A DNA stretch of 42,164 bases from a virus. The number at the start of each line of letters is the position of its first letter. The first letter of the stretch is position 1. This document shows positions 8,563 through 18,900 of the stretch, piece after piece. Under the pieces are notes generated by a model, which saw only the letters and a program-made list of their open reading frames with translations, did no database searches and had not been told where the DNA came from. The stretch is taken from positions 1 through 42,164 of IMG/VR virus record IMGVR_UViG_3300045747_000694; one strand, written 5' to 3'. The translations under genes and the position numbers were made by a program.

Positions 8563-9048
8563 ATGGCCGGACCGAACTTCGAGCTCATCACCGAGCTCCA
8601 GACCCTGACCCGCCGCGACTTCACCATCGCGGACAGCACCATCCTCGCCCCCACGGGCGCCCTTCCCCTCGTCGACGGCGAGTGGCTCGAGATCAACTCG
8701 AGCTACCAGCTGGCGCGCGGGGCGACCGGCGTCCAGTCGTACAGCCCCCTCACCTTCCCGGTGCACACCGAGCGCGGTCGGTACGACACGCAGGCCATCG
8801 GCAAGGTCAACGTCCTGATGCTCGGCATGTACGAGGCCGAGACCCAGGTGATGGTCGCCTCGGGCATCACCCTGGGCGAGGGGCTCATCGTGAACAGCCT
8901 CGCCTCCGGTGCCCACCTGGGCCGGCGCGGTCTCGTCGAGCAGGGCTCGGCGACGGCCACCACCCTGGTCGTGGGCTACGCGACCAAGCTGCCCGCCAGC
9001 AACGGCGGGAAGCTCCGCTTCGTCCACTTCGGCAACGCGCTCGTGTAG
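8563..9048 (+). CDS. Hypothetical head protein (161 aa), possibly a decoration or minor capsid protein
   Basis: RBS AAAGGAATAGGAGACGACAACC then ATG. Immediately upstream of the capsid candidate. Tandem TAG TAG stop. Confidence 0.55.
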   Translation: MAGPNFELITELQTLTRRDFTIADSTILAPTGALPLVDGEWLEINSSYQLARGATGVQSYSPLTFPVHTERGRYDTQAIGKVNVLMLGMYEAETQVMVASGITLGEGLIVNSLASGAHLGRRGLVEQGSATATTLVVGYATKLPASNGGKLRFVHFGNALV

Positions 9049-9070
9049 TAGCGAGCCAGAACAAGGAGAC

Positions 9071-10198
9071 ATGACCATGAGCGCCACTGCCGTTCCAGCC
9101 AAGGTCCTCAACGACCTCTTCTTCGAGAAGATCGGGTCCACCGAGGGCAAGGACAAGATCGCCGAGTTCGGGGGCACGTACATCCGTGACCGCCTCCGCG
9201 AGGTGAGCTTCGCCCGCAAGATCATCCCGCCCACGCCCGTCCAGCGCAGCGAGCTCCAGCGCTCGGTGAACCACGACACGCTCGTCAAGATCGTGGACAT
9301 CGAGCCGAACTCGAAGGCCACCAGCCTGACCTTCCGCGGTCAGCCGACGGCGCGGTTCATCCGCGCCCCGCGCTTCGAGATCCCCTTCTTCACCATCTCC
9401 TCGGAGAAGTTCGAGAAGACGGAGCAGGAGCTCCTGGCGTACGAGATGCCCATCACCAAGATCATCGAGGAGAACTCGGTGAAGGACATCCAGGCCATCG
9501 AGGATCGCCAGTTCCTGATCTTCGTCGAGGCCTGCATCCAGGCGATGCAGCTCTCGGCCAACGGCGGCACCCCGACCTCCAACAAGGTCAACGGCGGCAC
9601 CGCCGTGGTGTCCTCGGTCATCAAGGGCGCCGGCGCCGTCACCGGCAACGCGAACACCTTCACGGTGTACTCGCTCCAGAAGAACGACTTCGTCAAGCTG
9701 AAGCAGCTCCTGCACCGGCGCTTCCTCCGGTCGGAGCGGCTCCTGATGACGGAGCCGGACTACGACACCCTCTCGACCTGGACCATGACCGAGGTCTGGA
9801 ACATCGCTGCCGAGACGGCGACCGAGGGCTGGAAGAGCAACACCGTGGTGGGCCTGAAGATCATCCGGACCATCAAGACCAACATCCTCCGCGAGGGCAA
9901 CGTGTACTGCTTCACGGCGCCCGAGTTCTTCGGCCGGTTCTACATCCTGAACCAGACGAAGTTCTACATCGACAAGATCGCCAACCTCATCACCTGGCAG
10001 AGCTGGGAGGACATCGGGATGGGCTTCGGCAACGTCGCCGCCGTCACCAAGCTCGAGCTCTTCGGTGGTGGCGTGGTCCCCGGCGCCTCGCCGGACACGG
10101 GCTACGCGGCGGCCCTGCCGATGGACGAGTCCGACCTGAACCCGGTCAACAACCTGGCCGACGCCGGGACGACCTACCCGCAGGTCGACCAGTTCTAG
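9071..10198 (+). CDS. Major capsid protein candidate (375 aa)
   Basis: ATG at 9071 after ACAAGGAGAC. Size and position (downstream of scaffold) fit a capsid protein. Followed by the strongest hairpin in the module. No fold can be confirmed by eye. Confidence 0.5.
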   Translation: MTMSATAVPAKVLNDLFFEKIGSTEGKDKIAEFGGTYIRDRLREVSFARKIIPPTPVQRSELQRSVNHDTLVKIVDIEPNSKATSLTFRGQPTARFIRAPRFEIPFFTISSEKFEKTEQELLAYEMPITKIIEENSVKDIQAIEDRQFLIFVEACIQAMQLSANGGTPTSNKVNGGTAVVSSVIKGAGAVTGNANTFTVYSLQKNDFVKLKQLLHRRFLRSERLLMTEPDYDTLSTWTMTEVWNIAAETATEGWKSNTVVGLKIIRTIKTNILREGNVYCFTAPEFFGRFYILNQTKFYIDKIANLITWQSWEDIGMGFGNVAAVTKLELFGGGVVPGASPDTGYAAALPMDESDLNPVNNLADAGTTYPQVDQF

Positions 10199-10230
10199 TA
10201 CTGGTCCCCTTCGGAGCAGTCATGTAGCTT

Positions 10231-10260
10231 GAGGGGCGGGCGGGAGACCGCCTGCCCCTC
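10231..10260 (+). terminator. Stem-loop after the capsid gene
   Basis: GAGGGGCGGGCGG gaga CCGCCTGCCCCTC: 13-bp stem with one G-U wobble, tetraloop GAGA, then TTCACTTCC. Starts 33 nt after the TAG. Confidence 0.55.
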
Positions 10261-10285
10261 TTCACTTCCAGCTTCAGGAGGTCTC

Positions 10286-10738
10286 ATGGACTACATCATC
10301 CGTCCCGCCTACGTCAGCGGTCCCCCGAGCGACAAGCAGCGCACCCACCCGAAGTTCACGGAGGAGCCGGTCATCGGCGCCTTCCACGTGCGCCGCGGCT
10401 CCTTCATCCGCCTGGACGAGGGCCAGTACGAGGCCGCCAAGCACCAGATCGACACCCTGCTCGAGGCCGACGCCATCATCGTGACCCGCGAGGGCGAGTC
10501 GGCCCCGGTCCAGCAGGCCTCCATGGAGGGCACCAAGCTCCCCGAGGACCTCTCCATCCCCGTCACCCCCATCGCCGGCCAGGCGTGGCCGGACCCCGTC
10601 CAGGTGGCCGAGCAGCTGGCCGCTGACACGGCGGCCGCGGAGGCTGCCGCGGTGGCTGCCGCCGGCACCACCGACGCCCCGAGCGATGTCACCACCACCG
10701 AGACCCCGGTGGCCCGCGTCTCGAAGAAGAAGAAGTAG
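10286..10738 (+). CDS. Hypothetical protein (150 aa)
   Basis: ATG at 10286 after CAGGAGGTCTC. Acidic Ala-rich C-terminal region ending KKKK. Confidence 0.6.
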   Translation: MDYIIRPAYVSGPPSDKQRTHPKFTEEPVIGAFHVRRGSFIRLDEGQYEAAKHQIDTLLEADAIIVTREGESAPVQQASMEGTKLPEDLSIPVTPIAGQAWPDPVQVAEQLAADTAAAEAAAVAAAGTTDAPSDVTTTETPVARVSKKKK

Positions 10739-10741
10739 CCC

Positions 10742-11098
10742 ATGAAGGTCTACAACCTCACGGGCGAGCCTCTCGCCTTCCGGACCAAGGTCCTCCCGCC
10801 CAACGGCGGGAGCATCGACATCCCGGAGCTCGACCTCTTCATCCCGAACCGGGAGAAGGATCTCGCCCGGGCAGGCACCATCTCCTTCGGCTCCCTCCCC
10901 GTCGGGTGGACGCCGAAGGTCATCATCCCTCCCCCACCGCCGGCCAAGAAGGCCACCATCAAGGCGGCCGAGAAGGTGGTCGTCCAGGAGAAGGTCTACG
11001 TCGACGCCAAGGTGGCGCAGGCGGCCCTGACCCCGGACGAGGAGAAGAAGTCGGAGCCGGCCTTCCAGTCCACCGCGGAGAAGTTCAAGAAGAGGTAG
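10742..11098 (+). CDS. Hypothetical protein (118 aa), Pro-rich centre
   Basis: ATG 3 nt after the upstream TAG. High GC3. Confidence 0.55.
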   Translation: MKVYNLTGEPLAFRTKVLPPNGGSIDIPELDLFIPNREKDLARAGTISFGSLPVGWTPKVIIPPPPPAKKATIKAAEKVVVQEKVYVDAKVAQAALTPDEEKKSEPAFQSTAEKFKKR

Positions 11099-11101
11099 GC
11101 C

Positions 11102-11638
11102 GTGTCGGACCCCATCAGCAACAAGATCGACCCTGTCCTGCCTGCCCGGAACGCGAGCGAGTTCGCGGACCTTCCGGCGTCGAACACGCAGCTCGACAGC
11201 TTCATCCAGCTGGTGCGGGCCTACATGCGGGACTACCCGGAGCTCAACCGGCTCATCGCCGGCGAGGAGAGCTCCAACCGGCAGATCGCCTGGGCCATCA
11301 TCGACGCGGTGGACGACTTCAACACCACCCCGCCCTTCACCCGCTTCGGCCTGAACGACTACCCCTCTCGTTCCCTCCTGCTGCGCGCCACGGTCATCAC
11401 GCTGCTCGAGTCCATCGGGCTTCTCCAGACGCGCAACCACCTCCAGTTCTCCGACGGTGGCATCACCGTCGGCGTGAACGACAAGACGCCCTTCCTCCAG
11501 GCCTGGATCCAGCTCTTCCGGAACAGCTACGAGGACAAGAAGATGAAGATCAAGGTCGCCTACAACATCGAGTCGGCCTGGGGAGGCGGCATCCATTCCG
11601 AGTACCGCTTCATCAACAACTACTACGGTGACTGGTGA
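11102..11638 (+). CDS. Hypothetical protein (178 aa), possible head-tail connector or adaptor, assigned by position
   Basis: GTG at 11102, 3 nt after the upstream stop. Ends TGATG-coupled to the next gene. Confidence 0.5.
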   Translation: MSDPISNKIDPVLPARNASEFADLPASNTQLDSFIQLVRAYMRDYPELNRLIAGEESSNRQIAWAIIDAVDDFNTTPPFTRFGLNDYPSRSLLLRATVITLLESIGLLQTRNHLQFSDGGITVGVNDKTPFLQAWIQLFRNSYEDKKMKIKVAYNIESAWGGGIHSEYRFINNYYGDW

Positions 11639-12021
11639 TGGACTCGCAGCTGCGCAAGGCGGGCTACAACGTCCTCATCGGTGGCCTGGCGGACAAGATC
11701 AAGACCAAGGACTTCTCGCCCAAGGCGCTGAAGCAGGGGCGCAAGGTGGAGCACGAGCACACCAGCAGCCCCCGCATCGCCACCGAGATCGCCAAGGACC
11801 ACCTCACGGAGGACCCGATGTACTACGACAAGCTGAAGCTCATCGAGAAGAAGGCGTTCGCAGACGAGCTCATGAAGATCTCGATGAGCTTCAAGGGCTT
11901 CAGCGAAGTGGCCCAGAACTACGCCGGCACCCTGAAGGCTGCGGGTGGCATCAAGAAGGCGAAGAAGCTCCAGGCCGCCGCTGGTGGCGTCTCGAACATC
12001 GTCCCCCGCGTCGGCGGGTAG
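11638..12021 (+). CDS. Small protein (127 aa) with internal AFxDELxKI motif (KKAFADELMKIS)
   Basis: ATG overlaps the upstream TGA. Motif sits at ~residue 75. Gly/Ala-rich C-terminal region. Confidence 0.55.
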   Translation: MDSQLRKAGYNVLIGGLADKIKTKDFSPKALKQGRKVEHEHTSSPRIATEIAKDHLTEDPMYYDKLKLIEKKAFADELMKISMSFKGFSEVAQNYAGTLKAAGGIKKAKKLQAAAGGVSNIVPRVGG

Positions 12022-12030
12022 GAGCACCAC

Positions 12031-12165
12031 ATGATCGTCAAGACCTTCGCCAACGTGAACGACCTCCAGGCCTACCTCACGGCCAACACCATCACGCTCG
12101 CCAAGACCGTCGCCATCTACTTCGACGCGGCCAGCGGACACCACGTCCTCGTCCACACGCCGTAG
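12031..12165 (+). CDS. Very small ORF (44 aa); below the ORF-track threshold
   Basis: GGTAGGAGCACCAC then ATG at 12031. MIVKTFANVNDLQAYLTANTITLAKTVAIYFDAASGHHVLVHTP. Fills an otherwise unexplained 180-nt gap. GC3 is high. Confidence 0.35.
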   Translation: MIVKTFANVNDLQAYLTANTITLAKTVAIYFDAASGHHVLVHTP

Positions 12166-12201
12166 TTCCCACACCTCTTCCTACCCGGTAGGCTGGGAGC
12201 C

Positions 12202-12600
12202 ATGAACCTCGTGACGATGCGCGCCTTCAGGGACGAGCTCAGCAAGATCGCCGCCGATGGCGGCCTTGCCGGGCTGAGTCCGACCATCGTCGGTGCGGGC
12301 ATCGGTGCTGTCGCGGCCTTCGGGGCACAGGTCATCGCCAACAAGGCCCCCAAGGGCGGCGGCAAGTCGAGCCAGCAGATGAGGTACGAGCAGCTCGAGC
12401 GGGACATCAACGCCGAGACGAAGAACCGCAAGAAGCAGGGGAAGCAGCCCACCTTCTACGGAAAGATGAAGCAGATCGCGGCGAAGCCCATGACGCAGAT
12501 GGCCGCTCTCGCCACCAAGCACCCAGCCCAGGCCGCCATTCCGGCAGCCATCCTCGGCGCCTACACGGGCGCTCTCGTCGCCAAGCACCTGACTAAGTAG
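12202..12600 (+). CDS. Small two-TM Gly-zipper protein (132 aa) with N-terminal AFxDELxKI motif
   Basis: MNLVTMRAFRDELSKIAADGG then GLSPTIVGAGIGAVAAFGAQVI (TM1), a Lys-rich linker, and AAIPAAILGAYTGALVA (TM2). GGCTGGGAGCC lies before the ATG. Confidence 0.6.
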   Translation: MNLVTMRAFRDELSKIAADGGLAGLSPTIVGAGIGAVAAFGAQVIANKAPKGGGKSSQQMRYEQLERDINAETKNRKKQGKQPTFYGKMKQIAAKPMTQMAALATKHPAQAAIPAAILGAYTGALVAKHLTK

Positions 12601-12609
12601 GAGAAGACC

Positions 12610-13575
12610 ATGACCCCAGAGATGCAGCTGGCCCAGGCCCTCGGTGGCGCCCCCGACTCGTCGAAGGAGAAGCTCGCCGGGGCCTTCGACGAGATGTCCG
12701 TCGAGGATCTCGAGGGGATGCTGAAGACTGCCTTCTCCGTCACCGAGGAGGGGCACAAGTTCGACGCCGAGCGCGCCAAGATCCGGCGCGAGAAGGCCGA
12801 GAAGATGTGGGCCTTGTCCCAGAAGCACGAGGGGGCTGGCTCCTCCAAGAAGTTCGGGAAGTTCACCAAGGCGCTGCGCGGGTTCTCGCCCGACGTCGAG
12901 GACGAGCCCCGGCACCACGCCTACGTGGAGAAGAAGCACCGCGAGGGCAAGAACGCCTGGAACCCCTTCGGTGGCCTCGCCACGCCGACCAAGGGGGAGA
13001 AGGGCGGCTCGACCATGCAGTACGGCGAGTTCAAGAGCAAGTCGAAGAAGGCCTCCGTCTCCAACACCGCGGCGCTCGTCGCCGACGGCGTCGGCCGGCT
13101 CATGGCCAAGCAGGCCAACCTCCTCGGAGCTGGCCTCCGCATGGCCACCCGCACCCCGATGGCGACCAGGGCCATGGTGGGCGCCGGGGCGGGCGCTGCC
13201 GGCGGCGCGGTGAGGCACATGACCTCCAACGACCCCAACTCCTCGCTGCTCGGCAACATGGCTGGTGGCGCGGCCCTCGGGGCCGGCGCGGGCGCCGGGG
13301 CCAAGGTCGGGGCCAAGGCGCTCCTCCAGAGCGGCAAGCTGCCGGCGGCTCAGGGTGCCGCGGCGCTCAAGGGGGCCAAGGGGTACTCGCAGACCGGCGT
13401 CGGGGCCTACGCCCGGAAGGCGCTGGGCGAGGCCAACAAGGCCGGCACCGCGGTGGCCACCAAGGCGGGCACCACCGGCAAGGCGGTGGCGCTCAAGGCC
13501 AACGCGGCGGCCGCTCCGGCGGTCCAGAAGGCACGGGCCGCCCAGGCCGCGACGACAGCTGGCTCTGGCATCTGA
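12610..13575 (+). CDS. Gly/Ala-rich protein (321 aa), possible internal virion or ejection protein
   Basis: RBS GTAGGAGAAGACC then ATG. N-terminal KLAGAFDEMSVEDLE loosely matches the family motif. C-terminal half is low-complexity GAGAGA with KxGAK repeats. Confidence 0.55.
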   Translation: MTPEMQLAQALGGAPDSSKEKLAGAFDEMSVEDLEGMLKTAFSVTEEGHKFDAERAKIRREKAEKMWALSQKHEGAGSSKKFGKFTKALRGFSPDVEDEPRHHAYVEKKHREGKNAWNPFGGLATPTKGEKGGSTMQYGEFKSKSKKASVSNTAALVADGVGRLMAKQANLLGAGLRMATRTPMATRAMVGAGAGAAGGAVRHMTSNDPNSSLLGNMAGGAALGAGAGAGAKVGAKALLQSGKLPAAQGAAALKGAKGYSQTGVGAYARKALGEANKAGTAVATKAGTTGKAVALKANAAAAPAVQKARAAQAATTAGSGI

Positions 13576-13600
13576 CCGAGGCGGTCATGAGAGGTAGCCC

Positions 13601-15409
13601 GTGGCGTATGGCAACCGGCTTCCGCTCGACGCCAACGTCGTAGGCTACTGGGGCTTCGACGAGGCGAACGAGACGGATCCAGCTCTCGACGAGAGCCAGT
13701 ACGGCCACAACATGGTCGTCACTGGCTCTCCGTTCGTTCTCCCTGCGCGCTGCAACAACGGCCGGCAGTTCAACGGGTCCTCCACCTACTCCGCCCGGGC
13801 CGACACGGCGCTCCTCAAGCTCACGGGGGACATGACCCTCATCGTCTGGCCCACCCTCGACCAGGTGAACAGCTCCGGCTCTCACCTGCGCTGCATCCTC
13901 GAGTGCGGCGGGACGACCTCGATCCAGGCCGACAACATCCTCTACGGGCTCTACGTCTCGGACGCCGGCGAGCTCATCTACCGGCATGAGCACGGGGCTG
14001 GCCTGGTGGTGGAGTTCAAGACGACCGTCGCCACCATCAAGACGGGGCGCTACTACGCCATCGTCGTCGTCCGCTCGGCCAACGTCCTCACCCTCTACCT
14101 CGACAACAAGCTGACCGCTTGGGCGAGTGCTACCGTCGATGGCGCCTCTCACCCGGTGGGCACGGCGGTGACGGCCCCTGATGGTGGGACGAATGCGCTG
14201 CTCACGATGGGGAAGAGCCCCAAGGCGGTAGACGGGGCCTTCTGGTACGGCACGCTGGACGAGGTCTCCATCCACAACCTCGCCCGCCCCTACCAGCCCT
14301 ACCTGCTCTCCATCTACTACAAGCTCACCCTCTCGAACTCCTTCTACCGCCTCACCGCCTACAACACGGTGAAGAGTGTGGCGGCCGCGGAGATGGGTGG
14401 CGGCTCGAGGTGGTGGGTGTACGAGCGGGACCAGTCGCTCTACGCCGTGCGCGAGAACACCCTGGGCCTCTTCACCCCCGAGGTGCAGCTCACCACTGGC
14501 GGTCTCCAGCCGAACGGGACAGTGGCGCCGGGCGGGACGGAGAAGCCCACCGTCGTCTACGACAAGGCGAACGACCTCCTGGTGGTGGCCTTCATCGGCT
14601 CCGGCCGAGTCTACCGTCTCACCGCGAAGGTCGGGGACGCTCCCCAGACGCAAGCGATGCCCTACACGGTGGACACCGCTGGCATCGTGAAGGTGCGCGA
14701 CTCGGATGAGGGCATCCGCCTCGGTGCCGGTGCGGGCAGCAGGGCTCCCCTCAACGACCTCGCGTACACGAACCGCTACCCCTTGAAGTTCCCGACCAGC
14801 GACTCGATGGGCGCTGGTGCCGGCGGAGGAGACACCAAGGAACTGATGCAGCCCCAGAGTTCGAGCGCCTACTATGCTGCGCCTGGTGACCTGAAGTTCA
14901 CAGGAGTGGACAGCTTTGGGCTTCTGTGGTCCTGGACGAACACTGCCGGGTTCGCAGTCTTCACCGAGCTCTACGGGGTGGCCACTCGGATCGGCACAGT
15001 CATGGCCGCAACGAAGGACAGCAGCGGAAGGACGATGGGCTTCTTCCCCATCACCTCGAGGCAGTACCAGCGCAGGTACTTCGTGAAGCCGCTCTTCTGG
15101 AACGGGACGCTCCGGACCGTGATGTCGAACATCGTGGAGGACCTTCTCGCCACCGCGGACATCTACGACTACCGATACCCGACGAGCGTCGTGTACAACA
15201 GGAACGACGATGATCCACACAGCGCGCCCCTCGGGTCGGGCAACGGACTTCGGGTGGGCGACTTCACCCCGATCTACATCAACCGCACACCCCTCAAGCT
15301 GCCAACCGCAGACGTCATGAGCGCGGGCGGGGGTGCAGGGCTCAGGGTGTCGACCAGCAACTCCGCAAGCATCACCGCGCCTCAGCGCAGGGCATTCGAG
15401 GTCTCATGA
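13601..15409 (+). CDS. Tail fibre / receptor-binding protein with N-terminal LamG (concanavalin A-like lectin) domain (602 aa)
   Basis: GTG start. N-terminal ~220 aa matches the Laminin_G_3 pattern (GYWGFDE...G...G..G.A..F.G....Y...L.......W......YLDNK......GTLDEVSIHN). Confidence 0.7.
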   Translation: MAYGNRLPLDANVVGYWGFDEANETDPALDESQYGHNMVVTGSPFVLPARCNNGRQFNGSSTYSARADTALLKLTGDMTLIVWPTLDQVNSSGSHLRCILECGGTTSIQADNILYGLYVSDAGELIYRHEHGAGLVVEFKTTVATIKTGRYYAIVVVRSANVLTLYLDNKLTAWASATVDGASHPVGTAVTAPDGGTNALLTMGKSPKAVDGAFWYGTLDEVSIHNLARPYQPYLLSIYYKLTLSNSFYRLTAYNTVKSVAAAEMGGGSRWWVYERDQSLYAVRENTLGLFTPEVQLTTGGLQPNGTVAPGGTEKPTVVYDKANDLLVVAFIGSGRVYRLTAKVGDAPQTQAMPYTVDTAGIVKVRDSDEGIRLGAGAGSRAPLNDLAYTNRYPLKFPTSDSMGAGAGGGDTKELMQPQSSSAYYAAPGDLKFTGVDSFGLLWSWTNTAGFAVFTELYGVATRIGTVMAATKDSSGRTMGFFPITSRQYQRRYFVKPLFWNGTLRTVMSNIVEDLLATADIYDYRYPTSVVYNRNDDDPHSAPLGSGNGLRVGDFTPIYINRTPLKLPTADVMSAGGGAGLRVSTSNSASITAPQRRAFEVS

Positions 15410-15954
15410 TCAACATCGAACAGGTAAGCGACGACCATGCGCAAGAGTACCTTCGCAGGCTGAAGGAGGGAGACGATCTCTCCCACTTCGGCATCTCGAT
15501 CAAGGGCTTCTTCGACGTGGTGTGCCGTGAAGAGGGCGAGACGGTTTGGGAGGTCCACCAGCCAAACCTCTTGACGGACTACGGGCGACGCTACTGGGCC
15601 TACGGCAACTTCACCGGCTACGACTACGCCATCTTCACGAGCCCGATTGCGGAGACCCCAAGGGCAGACCGCTACACTCTCGCCGACCACTCAGGTCAGT
15701 GCCAGCAGGCTGCCTTCTGGTACGGAACCAACGACGCCCCCTCGGTCTCCAAGGCGTGGTCCAACACCTTCGGACTGCCCGCCAGCAACAAGACGATCGC
15801 TTCTGTTGGTCTGAGGTCGAATGCTACGGCAGATGCTGGAGCGTATGGGATCAGTTCCATCCTCTGCTACTCGCTCTTGACCCCGATGAAGGTACAGACC
15901 ACCTCCCAGACACTCGAGATCTCGTACCGTCTTACCCTTTCCCCTGGCGTGTGA
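15406..15954 (+). CDS. Hypothetical tail-fibre-associated protein (182 aa)
   Basis: ATGA overlap with the upstream gene. Located between two fibre genes. Confidence 0.5.
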   Translation: MINIEQVSDDHAQEYLRRLKEGDDLSHFGISIKGFFDVVCREEGETVWEVHQPNLLTDYGRRYWAYGNFTGYDYAIFTSPIAETPRADRYTLADHSGQCQQAAFWYGTNDAPSVSKAWSNTFGLPASNKTIASVGLRSNATADAGAYGISSILCYSLLTPMKVQTTSQTLEISYRLTLSPGV

Positions 15955-15961
15955 GGTCCCG

Positions 15962-18900
15962 ATGTCCCAAGTTTCAGCTCTCATTCGTGTCGACTACCAG
16001 GGGCTCGGTGGTATTCGTCAGTCCCTCCAGAAGGCCAACTTGGCCTTCAAGGGCGCGCTGTGGGACATGACTTCATTGTCGTGGACCTGGTCCACCAACG
16101 GCATCGCCATCACTCCCGACTGCATTCCTTACCCCTGGAAGCACCATCCTGCGCTGGCCGCTGGTGCCTCCCAGATGAGTGTCCGACACAGCTTCCACTC
16201 TGACGGCAGCACCTACGGGTTCGGTCTGGCCTTCGGCACACTGGTGGGCATGCGTTCGGGCTTCGACATTGGACGGATGCGCTTCTTCAACTCAACTCCG
16301 CACTACAGCGTGCAGACGGATCAGTGCGTGGCCATTGGTGCGATCACCTTGGTCCACGACATGCGCAGCAACGCCAACACCATCAACAACGGTGCCGGCT
16401 CTGGGCAGGGGAACATGTTCTCTTCCGTTGATCTGGACATCACCCAGATCGGTGCTCCTTACCTGCATCCGGTCTACCAGGGCACGATCGCCACGACGCT
16501 TGGCGCGAGCTACGTCCCGATGGCGCAGGCGAGCATCAGCGCGTACTACTACTACGCTCACCTGGTCACCTGCATCCGTCTCGAGACGGGCGCTGATCGT
16601 GGCTCTTACCTCGTGCAGTCAATCGACCGAGCCAACAGCCGCATCTACCTGAAGAACATGGATGGGTCGAAGTGGGTCGCGCAGGCCACCAACGCCAGCG
16701 TGACCTTCTCCCAAGGCTACCGCGTTTCCTTCTTCAATGAGACCGGCGTCATCCCCAACTCGACGGGGCAGGTCGCGTTCGACGGTAAGTACGACGCGGG
16801 GGACCACCGTGGCTCGTACATCTACCGCATCCACTTCGAGAAGAGCGGATCCCCTTCTCCTGCGGCTGAGGCCCAGAGAGGAAGCTACTGGCTTTCCCTT
16901 CGCGGCTTCTTGAACGGCAACGGAGTTGCGGGTGACCTGTACCACCAGGATGATGGTGGCTTCACGCAGAGGATCTCGTACCACAGCCCCAACACGGCCT
17001 GCGGCTTCTTCTACAACACCTCTATGCTTGGGATGAGCAATGCCATCTCCAGCGGCATGGTCTTGGAGAGGACCAATCAGCGACTGTGGTGCGTTACTGT
17101 CGACGGTACGCAGGGCAACTCCTCTGTCGGCTACTGGAACTACAAGAGCCCCGAGTCCTTCCGTGAGGTGTGCTCCGCTGCGGGGGCCCCGAACGATCCC
17201 CTGCCGGTTCCCTTCACTCCCCCGGCAAGCTCTTACGCGAGAGCACCCGCCATCGGGTCTGACGGCACCGTCTACGTCGCGTTCTCCAAGGTCGCTGACC
17301 AGACCGGTGCGGGATGGCTCGCCATCAAGCCGGACCTCTCCCGCACCTTCGTGACTGCCGCGGCAATGGCGGTTCCGACGAGTGGTGACTTGCAGCCCTG
17401 CGTCGTGGACACCACCAAGGCGCGAACCGGCACGACGGCTGCGGCGTCGACGACGTCCGCTGGTCACATCCTCTGCGCCGGAGCCGGCTTCGCCTCCGCC
17501 GACCTCGGTCGCTGCATCAAGCTCACGGGCAACACCTTCGACAACGGAACCTATCTCATCGGCACCATCAATGGCGCCACGGACATCACGGTCACCAACC
17601 TCAACGGTTCTGCGGTCTCCTTCACTGGGGGCAGCGGCGGCACCTTCCAGATCGGGGATCGCATCTACCTCTTCTCGGGCGGCGAGGCGACCTGGAACGC
17701 GGGCAAGATGTCTTGGACGGACTCCCTCTCGTTCGGAACTCGCTTCACGAAGACCGTCACCATGACCGCGGGGGCACAGGCCTACTCCTACCCCTACTTG
17801 GGCGGAGCGCCTCCGGCATGCGTGGACCCCCTCACTGGGAGAATCTTCTGGCTGTCGGCTGATGGGGTGAAGCACCTCAACATGTACGACCCTGCTGCGC
17901 AGACAGTGACACAGCGGCCTCTCAGCGACCTTGCTGTGCAGGTGTCCGGCTCGAACGCCAACCCCACTGCGCCCACCGTCATGTGGACGGTGGCGGTGAA
18001 CACCAACACCTACTTCCGCGAGCTCTGGGTGGGCACCGACAAGGGCCACTACCGGTTCGACCCCGACAACCTCTCTGCCCAGTTCTCTCGCTTCTACGGA
18101 ACCTCCAACGGCACGTACGCCGAAGCCGACGGTAACCTCCAGCTCGACGGGGGTGTCACTGAGTGGGCCGCGAACGTGGCACAGAACATCGGCGCAACTC
18201 AGTACGGCTTCATGCCTGACGGGCAGGTGTTCGGTATCCTGCCCTCCTGGGGTCTGAGCAGTGCGTCCTACTTCCCCATGCTGGTGAAGTTCAACCGCGA
18301 GGCGCACAACTGGCTCTCCGCAGCCACCATCGGAGGCAATGAGTCCCAGGCGCAGTGTCTCCAGAGCACGTACGCGTTCTGGTACACCAACACGGTTTCC
18401 TTCTTCTTCGATCCCTTCGGGGCACTCGTCTTCTACCAGCCCAACATGAAGGCCGAGACTGCCAAGGGGGCCATCAGGCTTGTCCACCCTTCCGCCATCC
18501 ACTACCAGTGGACTGGTAGCGCGTGGACGCCTCGGGAGGTTGTGCGTGGCGGTCTTCCGGACTCCGTGTCCTCCCCGGGCTGCCTCTGCAAGCCGATGCA
18601 CACGACGCTCGACGACCTCGTTCTTGGTGTGAAGGTCAAGTTCACGTCCTCTGGTGCCGTCGGCGGGGAGAACGGAGAGTTCCTTGGCCGCTTCGGCCAG
18701 AAGGGGCTCAGCAGGACTGACGGTGCCACGGTCATCGGAACGAACGGCTTCGTCGGCTCCGGCTTCAGCGCGCTCTCGTTCACCAGCCCCGATGTCGGCC
18801 GCTACTACGTCCGCATCGAGTCCGGTGCCGACCAGGGTACCTACAAGATCCTCACCTACACCAACGACACGTCGATCACTCTTCAGAAGTTCAATGGCAC

